64,000 nucleotides of DNA from Holosporaceae bacterium (GCA_031283445.1 JAITBT010000026.1:7634-71633); one strand, 5' to 3'; shown: positions 1 to 9,796, numbered from the stretch's first letter. Translations and numbers: made by a program. Notes: generated by a model not told the origin, from the letters alone.

Positions 1-126
1 CAATACCACCAAACTGAGCCCTATTCTCAATTTATTCTTCATTTTATTTTCCTTCTTGAAATCTTGCAAAAGTATAATCCGCCAAATTATCTATGTCAAG
101 TTCTTTTTTGCAGGGGGGTAAGAAAT

Positions 127-1443
127 TTACATGCCTCCAACGATCATCTCATCCAAAAACAAAGTTGGGGCATCAACCCCATATTCTATCTCAAGATCGG
201 AAGCTGGAACGCAGTTGGAAAGCATATCTATAAAATTTCCAGCGATGGTAATTTCATTAACTGGATAGGTTATCTCCCCATTTTCTATCCAAAATCCAGC
301 TACACCTTGGCTGTAATTTCCGGTAATCAGATTTAGACCGTTCCCTAACACTTCCGTTACATATAATCCCTTTTTTATAGTTCGTAGAAGACTTTGGAAC
401 GATTCTTTCCCATTTTTGATATAAATATTGTGCGGAGCAATTCCTTCAAATCCAAATGCATGAGCCGTCGATTTCATTTTTAACTGATGAGCATATCTAG
501 TGTTTAACAAAAAAGAACGTAGTATACCGTTCTCTAGTATGATTACATCAGAACATTCTAATCCATCTGAATCGAAGGGATAAGATCGCAGCCCTCGCGG
601 AATAGCATATTCATCCACAATACTAAGATCATGGCTGAAAATTTTCTTGGATAATTTATCCTTTAGAAAACTTATGCCTTTGGCTACTGCCGCTCCATTT
701 ATGGCATCAACAAGACTAGTCAGCAGATGTTGTGAAACAATTCGATCAAAAACTATTGGTACTTTACAGGAGGGAATTTTTTTCGCTCCCAGTTTCTTTA
801 GAGTTAGCTCTGCTGCTTTTTGAGCAATTCTTTCGGGACTTTTCAAATCTGACCAATAAATAGTTTTAGAAAAATCGTAGGCCGTTTCCAAAAATCCGTC
901 TTTTTCAGCTAAAGTTACCAGGGAAATTAGATTATTTGTTTGTTCGTAGGTGGCAAAAAAATCATTGTTATTTGCTAAAGTGATTTTAGAATAGGAATGA
1001 CTAGCCTCCGCTCCCTCTGAATTAGTAATACCCGCAATCTGGAGAGCTATTGTTTCACATTCCAGAGCAGTCGAAATTAATTCTTCAGAAGATGGTCTAT
1101 AGTTGTCACATATATCCATCGACCGGAAATTTTTGCATAGTTCATTCGGAACTGGACGAAATATCACCGCGTCTTCCGGTGCATTCCTAGCGGCTAGAAG
1201 GGCTTTTTCCAGAAAAGAGTCACCATCCAAATCATTCGGATTATCCGTCGTAACTACCGCACTTCTGTTTCCGATGGAAACGCGCATTTTAATACTAATC
1301 ACATCAGCCTGAACAATCTTTTTTAGCTTTTTGAGGCGTGTTGAGGCAGAAATTGTATTTCTCTCTTTGCATAAAACATCAACTTGGTCAGCTCCGGATT
1401 TTTTTGCTTTGGTTATAATACTGCTTAGAATTTCGCTGTTCAT
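127..1443 (-). CDS. pmbA: PmbA/TldE family metalloprotease (partner of TldD)
   Basis: The ORF has PmbA-like length and sequence (N-terminal ...KKSGADQVDVL..., C-terminal ...GAPTLFLDEMIVGG). The tracked start at 1455 is TTG; the ATG at 1443 (MNSEIL...) avoids overlap with pntAA. tldD lies at the other end of the window. Confidence 0.85.
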   Translation of the reverse strand: MNSEILSSIITKAKKSGADQVDVLCKERNTISASTRLKKLKKIVQADVISIKMRVSIGNRSAVVTTDNPNDLDGDSFLEKALLAARNAPEDAVIFRPVPNELCKNFRSMDICDNYRPSSEELISTALECETIALQIAGITNSEGAEASHSYSKITLANNNDFFATYEQTNNLISLVTLAEKDGFLETAYDFSKTIYWSDLKSPERIAQKAAELTLKKLGAKKIPSCKVPIVFDRIVSQHLLTSLVDAINGAAVAKGISFLKDKLSKKIFSHDLSIVDEYAIPRGLRSYPFDSDGLECSDVIILENGILRSFLLNTRYAHQLKMKSTAHAFGFEGIAPHNIYIKNGKESFQSLLRTIKKGLYVTEVLGNGLNLITGNYSQGVAGFWIENGEITYPVNEITIAGNFIDMLSNCVPASDLEIEYGVDAPTLFLDEMIVGGM

Positions 1444-1444
1444 A

Positions 1445-2509
1445 TTATATCTCAACTAGAGTGGATTTGACAATTTCATCTGAAATATCGATCTTTCCGC
1501 CTTTGATCATTAGTGACACAAAATTAAAAACATTGCGCGCGAATAATTGGCTGGCGTCCTGTGCAACTCGAGCGGCCAAATCGCTATAACCGATTATGCT
1601 AACTTCTCCGACTTTAATAACTTTATCCTCCTCAGATAATTCACAATTACCTCCTGTTTCCGTAGACATATCGACAATTACGGCTCCAGCCGGCATGGCA
1701 TCTACCATATCTTTGATTATCAATTTCGGGGCTGGTTTTCCCGGAATCTGAGCTGTGGTGATCACTATGTCCATCTTGCGTATTACCTGCAATAATTTTT
1801 CCGCCTGGCGTTTTTGATAATTTTCATCCATTTCCCGAGCGTAACCACCGGTAGTTTCTCCATCACACTGTTCTTCTACCTCGATAAAACTTGCTCCGAG
1901 ACTTTCGACTTGCTCTTTTGCGGCAGCGCGCACATCGAAGGCGTGAACGACAGCTCCCAATCTTTTGGCAGTCGCGATGGCTTGTAACCCAGCTATCCCT
2001 GCTCCCAGTACTAGAACCTTCGCCGGTCGAATTGTGCCTGCCGCTGTCATCAGTAGCGGAACAACGCGACGATACTCGACTAAAGCTTCTAGGACTGCTC
2101 GATATCCAGCTACATTTGCTTGCGAAGACAGAACATCCATAGATTGGGCGCGACTAATTCTTGGGATTTTCTCCAGTGCACATAGATTAATACCGTTTTT
2201 TATCATTTGCTCAAGAACTTTTTGATTTCGGGGCGGCGTTAACATCGCCACCAAATAAGATCCTGATGGAAGTTTTAGCTCTTCTTTTAGAGAAGGTTTC
2301 ACGCAAAGATATAGATCAGCATCCGGAATAGATTTCTTTTTATGTATGGTAGCACCAGCTGCTACGTACTCTTCACACGAAAATCCTGCACTGTCACCAA
2401 TACTTTTTGGGATTATAACTTCAAATCCAAGGCTGACATATTTTTTAGTGGTTTCGGGAGTGATAGCAACTCTTTTTTCTCTCTCGTCTTTTACGGTGCT
2501 AATTTTCAC
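1445..2509 (-). CDS. pntAA: NAD(P) transhydrogenase alpha subunit, part 1 (dI domain)
   Basis: 354 aa with an alanine-dehydrogenase/PNT fold: RVAITPETTKKY at the N-terminus and the Rossmann motif VLVLGAGIAGLQAIATAKRLGA. The pntAB and pntB parts are not adjacent. Confidence 0.85.
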   Translation of the reverse strand: MKISTVKDEREKRVAITPETTKKYVSLGFEVIIPKSIGDSAGFSCEEYVAAGATIHKKKSIPDADLYLCVKPSLKEELKLPSGSYLVAMLTPPRNQKVLEQMIKNGINLCALEKIPRISRAQSMDVLSSQANVAGYRAVLEALVEYRRVVPLLMTAAGTIRPAKVLVLGAGIAGLQAIATAKRLGAVVHAFDVRAAAKEQVESLGASFIEVEEQCDGETTGGYAREMDENYQKRQAEKLLQVIRKMDIVITTAQIPGKPAPKLIIKDMVDAMPAGAVIVDMSTETGGNCELSEEDKVIKVGEVSIIGYSDLAARVAQDASQLFARNVFNFVSLMIKGGKIDISDEIVKSTLVEI

Positions 2510-3227
2510 TTTTTATTTCCTCGATATTTTTAGATAATTCCATCATCAAGCAGGAGCGAGACAGTGGCAATTTCCCATTGTTTATACCACAAAAATACAT
2601 CTTTAAAAAATGTTCAGTTATACATAAAGCGCGAAAAATATCATGGTCTGTAGGATTATCATCTCTAGAAATTAAAAATTGAGGAAGAATAAATAGCCTA
2701 TCTTTATATTTTTCTCCTGCTTCTTGAGTAGCTGCACGACCGGTGCGAGGCGAAACATAGAACAAATCGTCGCTTCTTCCAGTTAGGGCACATCTAGAAA
2801 GATCTAATCCTAACCCAACATTCGATAAAAACTTAACTTCAAAGAGGGCGTAGTTAGCCAATCCATTAGCATAGGAAATTGATGGAAGCAATTCTTTTAG
2901 AGAATCGAATAATTCCGGGTGTGGAGCTTTTTCCGGAAGTCCTTTGGAGCATAAAAAGCAAACACTTTCTAGGATAAAAATTCCCCAAGAATTATTTAAA
3001 GCATAAATAAAAGGAGAGAATATATTCTCTATTTTAAACGTTCCCAGTTGCTCGGACGTGCGCCCATTCCAGCGTACATGGCTAATGTCTCCGTGCTGGA
3101 TTGGAGTCCTTGTGCCTCTTACCAGACCGAAGGTTTTTCCTATTGTTTTGTTGAATACCGTAATGATTCTGGAATTTTCCGTGAACAATTTTGAGGATAA
3201 GACGATGCTATTTTCTTGCCATTGCAA
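2499..3227 (-). CDS. recO: DNA repair protein RecO
   Basis: 242 aa with a RecO-like N-terminal OB region (IVLSSKLFTENSRIITVFNKTIGKTFGLVRG). It sits in the conserved era-recO position. Confidence 0.8.
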   Translation of the reverse strand: MQWQENSIVLSSKLFTENSRIITVFNKTIGKTFGLVRGTRTPIQHGDISHVRWNGRTSEQLGTFKIENIFSPFIYALNNSWGIFILESVCFLCSKGLPEKAPHPELFDSLKELLPSISYANGLANYALFEVKFLSNVGLGLDLSRCALTGRSDDLFYVSPRTGRAATQEAGEKYKDRLFILPQFLISRDDNPTDHDIFRALCITEHFLKMYFCGINNGKLPLSRSCLMMELSKNIEEIKSEN

Positions 3228-3254
3228 CTCCGGTTCCTTTTTTAAGAATGATAC

Positions 3255-4082
3255 CTATTTTTTTAACATAACATGCAAAAATAAATGCACTTTTTTCTCC
3301 AACAAAAGAGACAATTCTTTGCGTGCAGCTTCTCCTATAGCTTTTATTTTTCCGCCCTTGTGTCCAAGAAATATACATCTATGGGCGTCAGTTTTCACAT
3401 AGATATGTTGAACAATTTTTATACTTCCATCCGATTGTTCTTGATAATTTTCTGTTTTTACGGTGCATTTGTACGGTATTTCCTGATGTAATCGATGATA
3501 TATGTGCTCACGAGTGATCTCAGAAACATACTTTTCAAAGGAAGAATCTGTAATTTGATTGGCATCGTAGAACCATTCTCTTTCCGGAATCGTGGATGCC
3601 AGGTAATTTCGTATCGGATCGATGCCACTTCCCGTTAGACTGGAAATCATAAAAATATTTTCAAAATTTCGGATAGGACTGAAAATTCCAACGATTTCCA
3701 GAAGCTTTGGTTTGTAGATTAGATCTACTTTATTCATTACCAACGAGACTTTTTTTGCTTCGTGAATTTTTTTTAGTAATCCAATACTTGTGTTGAAGTT
3801 CTTTTTGCAGGCGTCGATTAGGAATAGAATTTCATCTGTTTCCCGAAATGCATCCCACGCTATTTTTTCTAAATTTTCGACGCGCCTATCCTTTAAAAAG
3901 CCGGGAGTGTCAATAAAAATAACTTGACTTTCTCCAAAAATAGCTACGCCCTCTATTCTAGATAAGGTCGTTTGGGCTTTTCTCGATACTATGGATACCT
4001 TTTGTCCCACCAACTGATTAATTAACGTAGATTTTCCCGCATTAGTTTCCCCTAATACTGTGACAAAACCACATTTTTTCAA
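3255..4082 (-). CDS. era: GTPase Era
   Basis: G1 motif GETNAGKST, G3 motif DTPG, G4 motif NKVD and a C-terminal KH-like region. It shows rnc-era synteny and a 4-nt overlap with rnc. Confidence 0.9.
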   Translation of the reverse strand: MKKCGFVTVLGETNAGKSTLINQLVGQKVSIVSRKAQTTLSRIEGVAIFGESQVIFIDTPGFLKDRRVENLEKIAWDAFRETDEILFLIDACKKNFNTSIGLLKKIHEAKKVSLVMNKVDLIYKPKLLEIVGIFSPIRNFENIFMISSLTGSGIDPIRNYLASTIPEREWFYDANQITDSSFEKYVSEITREHIYHRLHQEIPYKCTVKTENYQEQSDGSIKIVQHIYVKTDAHRCIFLGHKGGKIKAIGEAARKELSLLLEKKVHLFLHVMLKK

Positions 4083-4771
4083 ATTTTCTTTTCCAGTTTT
4101 TTTATAAGCTTAGCCGCCGCATCACACTCGGCATTCCTTTTTGATATTCCATATCCGGTTGTCGTCTCGCCGCAGGCCTTCGCTTCTACTTCGAAGATCG
4201 GATCGTGCGCTACTCCCATCATTTTGATCATGCTGTATGATGGTAACCCCTGCACCTTCGATTGCGTCATCTCCTGGAGTCGACTTTTTGGGTCTTTCTC
4301 TTCTACCTCAGCCTCATTAATATTATTTTCCCATAATTTCACAACAATTTCCATTACCCTTTTGAAATCAGAGTCTAAAAATATCGATCCCAGAATCGCC
4401 TCCATCATGTCTGCTATGGATGCTGAATTTTTATTGATAGATATAAAAAAGTCCTTCGGCATAGAAAAGCAATCAATGATTTTTATTTTTTTTGCTAAAT
4501 CAATTAGAAAATCCGTTCCTCCCCAGATCGCTATCTTTCGAGCAAGGCCTCCTTCATCTTCTGATGGAAATTTTTTGTACAAAAAGTCTGCTAATGCCAA
4601 CCCTAGAACCCGATCTCCCAGGAACTCTAATCTTTCAAAATCTTTGCTACAATTACAACTCTTCTTTCTTAATCCAGGATGGATTAAGGCGATTGCTATA
4701 AGGTCTATATTTTTAAACTCATATCCTATTATGTTCTGTAATTTTTTTACGCTCTCCGGCGTGACCATCAA
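4079..4771 (-). CDS. rnc: Ribonuclease III
   Basis: RNase III signature ERLEFLGDRVL plus a C-terminal dsRBD. It overlaps lepB by 4 nt. Confidence 0.9.
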   Translation of the reverse strand: MMVTPESVKKLQNIIGYEFKNIDLIAIALIHPGLRKKSCNCSKDFERLEFLGDRVLGLALADFLYKKFPSEDEGGLARKIAIWGGTDFLIDLAKKIKIIDCFSMPKDFFISINKNSASIADMMEAILGSIFLDSDFKRVMEIVVKLWENNINEAEVEEKDPKSRLQEMTQSKVQGLPSYSMIKMMGVAHDPIFEVEAKACGETTTGYGISKRNAECDAAAKLIKKLEKKI

Positions 4772-5574
4772 ATAATCCTCTTCAGGAGGCGACTAAATCT
4801 AATATTTTGGATCCAGAGCCAAAACTCCCAGAGCTTAACGCCGTTTGCTATAGAGTATACTATGAACCGCGCTCTTCCCATCAGATTCTCCGCCGGAACG
4901 AAGCCTAAGCCACAACGCGTATCCTTCGAACAGTCGCGGTTATCTCCCATAACAAAATAATGTCCTTCCGGCACTTGGACTTCTGCAAAGTGGTTTGGTG
5001 CCGATTCTTCCATCCCTTCGCAGTAGGCTACCGTATGCGGTGGTTCATCCGAAAGCGGCAATTGCTCTTCATAAAGTTTCAATTCTTCGAACCTTTTGAC
5101 ATGAGTATCGTGATATATCATCTTTTCTTGATAAGTCAATTTCGCGCTGACGCCATTCACTTTAATGACCCCGTTCTCCACACTAACCGTGTCACCCGGC
5201 AGTGCGATGACTCTTTTTACTATATTTATGCCATTATTTTCTGGATTTTTATCATCCTGAGGATGTTTAAATACAATGATTTCTCCGCGTTTTACATTAT
5301 TTCTGAACAATATTCTTCCAGAGAACAGAGGAGGGCTGAACCAGATGCTGTGTTTGCTGAAACCATAGGCGAACTTTTCCACAAAAGGCATATCTCCTAT
5401 CAGGAGGGTCGGAACCATAGAACAAGATGGTACTATATACCAATCGTAAACAAAGAATCTTAATAATGAAAAAAAGAACACAAAGACGGCTATAAAGCGC
5501 AAATCTTCCTTAAATTTTTTTTTCTTCTCCAATTTCTTGTTTCTTTCGGATTCCAGTCCGGGTACCATATCCAT
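4768..5574 (-). CDS. lepB: Signal peptidase I
   Basis: N-terminal TM segment, catalytic Ser box PSCSMVPTL, and the VKRVIALPGD and GDNRDCSKDTR boxes. Confidence 0.9.
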   Translation of the reverse strand: MDMVPGLESERNKKLEKKKKFKEDLRFIAVFVFFFSLLRFFVYDWYIVPSCSMVPTLLIGDMPFVEKFAYGFSKHSIWFSPPLFSGRILFRNNVKRGEIIVFKHPQDDKNPENNGINIVKRVIALPGDTVSVENGVIKVNGVSAKLTYQEKMIYHDTHVKRFEELKLYEEQLPLSDEPPHTVAYCEGMEESAPNHFAEVQVPEGHYFVMGDNRDCSKDTRCGLGFVPAENLMGRARFIVYSIANGVKLWEFWLWIQNIRFSRLLKRII

Positions 5575-6002
5575 TACTCTTCATCCTTCTGTATTCGCTC
5601 TTGTTTTTCATGACGCTCCTGGGCTTTGACGCTTAGCATGGCTACAGGTCTCGCCTCTAAGCGCCCCAGGGCTATGGGCTCTCCGGTCTCCTCACAATAA
5701 CCATAGGTTCCCTTCTTGATTCTCAGAAGAGCTTCATCAATTTTGCTAATTAGCTTCCGAGCCCGTTCCTTGCTTTTTAGCTCATAGGCCAGATCCGTTT
5801 CGGTGGACGCACGATCGGCTGTGTCTGTGCAGGTTTTACCCTCTTCCGAAAGATACTTCATGATAACTTCTGTCCCGCGCTCGATGTCATTTCTCCAACA
5901 AAGCAGCTTCCGACGAAAATACTCCCGCTGCCGGTCATTCATGAATTCTTCGTTTTCCGACGGCTTGTAATCATCTGGTAATTCGCAAATTTTATCATCC
6001 AT
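5574..6002 (-). CDS. dksA: RNA polymerase-binding regulator DksA (Cys-poor zinc-finger variant)
   Basis: 142 aa with a DksA coiled coil and the C-terminal motif GTYGYCEETGEPIALGRLEARPVAMLSVKAQE. Only one of the four canonical Cys residues is present. Confidence 0.85.
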   Translation of the reverse strand: MDDKICELPDDYKPSENEEFMNDRQREYFRRKLLCWRNDIERGTEVIMKYLSEEGKTCTDTADRASTETDLAYELKSKERARKLISKIDEALLRIKKGTYGYCEETGEPIALGRLEARPVAMLSVKAQERHEKQERIQKDEE

Positions 6003-6019
6003 GCGACCTCCCGATAGAG

Positions 6020-6376
6020 TCAGGCCAAAGCCATTCTCGCTTTGTCGACGATTTCCGAAAATGCTTTCTTATTATTAACAGCTAACTCAGATAAGATCTT
6101 TCTGTCGACAGAGATGCTTGCCTTATCCAATCCATGAACAAACTGAGAATATTTTAATCCCTGCTCCCGTACCGCTGCGTTTATCCTAACGATCCAGAGT
6201 GCCCGAAAATCCCGTCTCCGATTACGGCGATCTCGGTAGGCATATTGGAGGGATTTTTCCAACCTTTCCAACGCAGAGCGATAACAAGTACTAGAACGCC
6301 CCCTAAAGCCTTTCGAGAGTTTCAGAACCTTTTTATGCCGGGCGTGCGTAGTCACACCCCGTTTAACCCGCGACAT
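6020..6376 (-). CDS. rplT: 50S ribosomal protein L20
   Basis: [27 protein letters not shown]... is a canonical L20 N-terminus. Length is 118 aa. Confidence 0.95.
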   Translation of the reverse strand: MSRVKRGVTTHARHKKVLKLSKGFRGRSSTCYRSALERLEKSLQYAYRDRRNRRRDFRALWIVRINAAVREQGLKYSQFVHGLDKASISVDRKILSELAVNNKKAFSEIVDKARMALA

Positions 6377-6384
6377 TCCCCCTC

Positions 6385-6582
6385 CTATCTATACGGCATG
6401 TATTTGACAACATTCTTTGCATCACACGCATTTAAAACCATTCTTCCCCGTGTTTGCCTTTTCATTTTTTGCGGACGTTTCCTCAGATTATGTCTTTTAA
6501 ATGCCGCCGCTGCTATCACCAAACCTGACGCTGTGAAATCAAACCGCTTTTTTGCAGCACTTTTAGTTTTTAATTTTGGCAC
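6385..6582 (-). CDS. rpmI: 50S ribosomal protein L35
   Basis: (M)[13 protein letters not shown]... is a canonical L35 N-terminus. I place the start at GTG 6582, which is preceded by GGAGGAATAAA; the tracked 74-aa ORF starts further upstream at 6609. Confidence 0.9.
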   Translation of the reverse strand: MPKLKTKSAAKKRFDFTASGLVIAAAAFKRHNLRKRPQKMKRQTRGRMVLNACDAKNVVKYMPYR

Positions 6583-6751
6583 TTTATTCCTCCATCCGCG
6601 ACACAACAATATCTAAAACCAGCCGTAGCTAAAACCAAACGAATGATCATACCAGATAATTATTTCAATTCAATACGTATTGGATTCATACCTTTGGTTT
6701 TCGAAACTACTTATTATAAGTAATTTTCGAAGTTCGGTGCAACTATGCTCG

Positions 6752-8029
6752 TTATTCGATGTGTAATTGGTAAAATTTTGTCCTGCTGGCAGCATTTGGA
6801 ATATTCAAATTATTTCTGTATTTTGAAATAGTACGCCTGGAAATATTTATTCCTTTGGTATTTAGTATGCTTACGATATGGTCATCTGAATATGGACTTT
6901 GGGGAGATTCATTCTCTATTAGTTTTTTCATATATTCTTTTACCAAATGATCACTGATTTTATTTTCATTCGATTTTATCGCTTTGGAAAACAGTGATCT
7001 TAATGAAAATATTCCTCTGGGCGTTGATATATATTTGTTGGTTATAGCTCTATGAACCGTACTCCGGTGAAGGAATATAGAATCTGCCACAGCCTCCAGA
7101 TGAATGGGCATCAAATATAATTCTTTTCCTAGGAAAAAATTTAATTGCCGATAGATAATTTCCTTAGCAATTTTTAGAAGAGTAAACTTTCTGAAATATA
7201 TTGATTTGATAAGCAATTTTGCTTTTTGAGCGCTGTTTTTTATATATCTTCTGTCGAATTCCAAACGACATTTCCGGATAGATTCCGTATACAATTTGTG
7301 ATCTAAATCGACTTCTGTATAGCTACTTTTGTCTATTACAATATTAAACTCTTCTAGGGATTCCTCTTCCATCAGGAGGTCAATTCTCTGGGAAAAATAA
7401 TCATTTTCAGGAGAGAATTCCGGTATAAATGCATTTTTAAAACTGGAAATAATGGCAAATAGTTCGTCCTTTTGAAATCCATATTTTGATTTTAGAACAG
7501 ACCAATTTTGAGAGAAAACTAGATCTATGTTATTAACTAATTTTTTATATTTGTCGTTGTATAGCTTTTTGTTTTCTAGAAAAATTTTTAATTTATCCTG
7601 TAAATTAAAAGCAAACATAGTCGCAAATGATGTTTTCTGAAGTTTATGAATGATTTGAAGCAGGTCAAGATAATCTATTTTTTTTTCATTAGAAATGTAT
7701 AACAATAAATCATTGCTTAGATAATTACCGTCGATATTATTAAAAATCATTTCAGTAATTTCTTTTTCGAAATCGCCAAATTGTAAAAAAGAAACCTCTT
7801 TGAGAATTTTGTCCCACATACTTTCCTTGCACGGAAATTCTTCGATAAAATTATAGCAATTATTATAATTGTATTTTTTTATTAAAAATGGATTTTTCTG
7901 AACTTTTTCATCAATATATTCCTGCAATTCTAAATTGTTCATTGCAAGTATTTTTAAAGAATATTGAAGAGATTGCGCTAGAGTGTGTCGCTGATTGATT
8001 AATAATAGATGATCAATTCTCTCTCTCAT
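6752..8029 (-). CDS. rpoN: RNA polymerase sigma-54 factor
   Basis: Region I-like LAQSLQYSLKILAMNNLELQEYIDEKVQKNPFL and a C-terminal RpoN box SRRTISKYRNNLNIP. It shows lptB-rpoN synteny. The ATG at 8029 overlaps the lptB end by 17 nt; the tracked start at 8083 would overlap by 71 nt. Confidence 0.8.
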   Translation of the reverse strand: MRERIDHLLLINQRHTLAQSLQYSLKILAMNNLELQEYIDEKVQKNPFLIKKYNYNNCYNFIEEFPCKESMWDKILKEVSFLQFGDFEKEITEMIFNNIDGNYLSNDLLLYISNEKKIDYLDLLQIIHKLQKTSFATMFAFNLQDKLKIFLENKKLYNDKYKKLVNNIDLVFSQNWSVLKSKYGFQKDELFAIISSFKNAFIPEFSPENDYFSQRIDLLMEEESLEEFNIVIDKSSYTEVDLDHKLYTESIRKCRLEFDRRYIKNSAQKAKLLIKSIYFRKFTLLKIAKEIIYRQLNFFLGKELYLMPIHLEAVADSIFLHRSTVHRAITNKYISTPRGIFSLRSLFSKAIKSNENKISDHLVKEYMKKLIENESPQSPYSDDHIVSILNTKGINISRRTISKYRNNLNIPNAASRTKFYQLHIE

Positions 8030-8768
8030 GAGAAGAGGTATAATCGGAAAAGCTTTCTCCGAGGTAAATTTTACGAGCAACATCGCTATTTATTATTTCT
8101 TGCGGCGTGCCTTCGATTAAAATCTTTCCATTAAATAATATGTATATATAATCGGCCAGCGGAATAGCTTCCCGAACGTTGTGGTCCGTGATAACTATGC
8201 CTATTCCTTTTTTCTTAAGACCCAAAATCATATTTTTCATTTCTTCTATAGCCAAAGGGTCAATACCGGCAAGTGGCTCATCTAGTAAAATAAAATTTGG
8301 ATTTGTCACCAATAGTCTTGCTATTTCCAATTTGCGCCGTTCCCCACCAGAAATACTTATGGCTGGAGATCTTCTAATGGCTGCTAATGAAAACTCTTGC
8401 AAAAGCTTTTCCAGAAGTAAATGCTTTTTCTCTTCTCTATTTTTACTACTTTCCAAAACAGCATAGACATTTTCTTCCACAGTTAATCCACGAAAAATCG
8501 ATGGCTCCTGCGGTAGATATCCGATACCGAGGCGCGCGCGCTTATACATAGGAAGTTCTGTAATTTCTTTTTGATCAAAGAATATCCGTCCGGAATCTGG
8601 TTTTATCAGTCCGCATAATATTGAGAACGTAGTTGTTTTCCCGGCTCCATTTGGCCCCAAAAGCGCTGTAATATTTCCTTCGGAGGCTGCAAAACTAATA
8701 TCATTTAAAATAACACGGCCATTCAAGGTCTTTTTCAGATTTTGGCATGTAATCCTTTTTTTCATCAT
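8013..8768 (-). CDS. lptB: LPS export ABC transporter ATPase LptB
   Basis: Walker A GPNGAGKTT, signature ISGGERRKLEIAR and Walker B FILLDEP. Its position between lptC/A and rpoN fits LptB. Confidence 0.9.
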   Translation of the reverse strand: MMKKRITCQNLKKTLNGRVILNDISFAASEGNITALLGPNGAGKTTTFSILCGLIKPDSGRIFFDQKEITELPMYKRARLGIGYLPQEPSIFRGLTVEENVYAVLESSKNREEKKHLLLEKLLQEFSLAAIRRSPAISISGGERRKLEIARLLVTNPNFILLDEPLAGIDPLAIEEMKNMILGLKKKGIGIVITDHNVREAIPLADYIYILFNGKILIEGTPQEIINSDVARKIYLGESFSDYTSSHEREN

Positions 8769-9796
8769 TTATGTATTCCATTAACTATGATGCCACTTGC
8801 TTTATCAATAGATATATCATCGGTTTTTAAATTCAATGTTGCGTTGTTTCCGAAAATATTTCCTTGCTTCTCAGAAATAATAACATTGCCGATGACCTTT
8901 ATTTTTTCCCCATTGAAGATTCCTTCCTGGGCGCGAATTGTAACATTCTTCGTTTTTATTATCAAAGAACCATTTGCCTTGATACTGTCAATCTTTCCTC
9001 GCTTAATGCTTGCTTGCATAAAATCAGCCCGAGTTTCACAATCACTTCCATTTTTTTTGAAAAACAAAACAACATCGCTCCAAGCTTCAATTTTATCGTT
9101 CGAGTATCGAATTTTTTTCGCTTTTAATGTATATATTTCCCCGCTATAAACAACATCCCCTGTGGCTAGTATGCTTTTTATGTTTTCCCCACATGTATTG
9201 TCTAAGTGAATAATTAATTCATCGGAGCTTATTTTGTTAATTCCAAAAAGCCCTCGAGCTTTGCCCTTTAGCGTGAGAATATTGCTCTCGCTGTCATAGA
9301 TGTACTTCTCTGCAAATAGTTTCGTATCATCCTGGGATATGATAATTTCGGTATCACCATTAGCGATTTTTTTAGTAAAATCAATGAACATTTTATCCGT
9401 TTCTAAACGCAGCCCAGATTCCATTGATAGTTTTACATTTCCAATTAATTCGCATAGAGTTTTGTCTTTCCGGTGAACTTTGGTACTGTTCGCAGTGACA
9501 ATTAAAATTTTTCCATTGGGCAATGCAAATGTAGAAAGCATATTTTTTAAAGTATAATTGTTTTTTTCATTTTCACAAACGTCGTCAGCTTGTAGACTAA
9601 TTTCCTTTTTATTATGATCATAAGTTTTGAATTGCACCTTAGAGAAGGAATTGCCCTTACGGCTTAAAAAAAATTCCCCAGGTGACATTTTTTTAGTATC
9701 TAGGAGAAAAATCGCCAGCACGACGAGTAGAGCAACCGCTCCACCAGCAAATAAAATTGATATTAATTTGATCCTAGTTCTTCTTCTCTTATACAA
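8765..9796 (-). CDS. Membrane-anchored OstA-like LPS transport protein, apparently a fused LptC-LptA
   Basis: 343 aa with one N-terminal TM anchor (ISILFAGGAVALLVVLAIFLL), as in LptC. Two successive OstA-like beta-rich segments follow (..GNVKLSMESGLRLETDKMFID.. and ..ATGDVVYSGEIYTLKAKKIRY..IGNVIISEKQGNIFGNNATLNLKT). It occupies the slot normally held by two genes. Confidence 0.6.
   Translation of the reverse strand: MYKRRRTRIKLISILFAGGAVALLVVLAIFLLDTKKMSPGEFFLSRKGNSFSKVQFKTYDHNKKEISLQADDVCENEKNNYTLKNMLSTFALPNGKILIVTANSTKVHRKDKTLCELIGNVKLSMESGLRLETDKMFIDFTKKIANGDTEIIISQDDTKLFAEKYIYDSESNILTLKGKARGLFGINKISSDELIIHLDNTCGENIKSILATGDVVYSGEIYTLKAKKIRYSNDKIEAWSDVVLFFKKNGSDCETRADFMQASIKRGKIDSIKANGSLIIKTKNVTIRAQEGIFNGEKIKVIGNVIISEKQGNIFGNNATLNLKTDDISIDKASGIIVNGIHK

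Noticed and set aside
1-60. tRNA-like string at the window edge (reverse complement GGCTCAGTTTGGTGG).
   Set aside because: It resembles a D-loop, but no matching D-stem or acceptor stem can be formed, and the sequence is cut by the window boundary.
8030-8083. Longer rpoN start at 8083 (443 aa).
   Set aside because: It would overlap lptB by 71 nt and add 18 residues with no counterpart in sigma-54 region I. The ATG at 8029 fits better.
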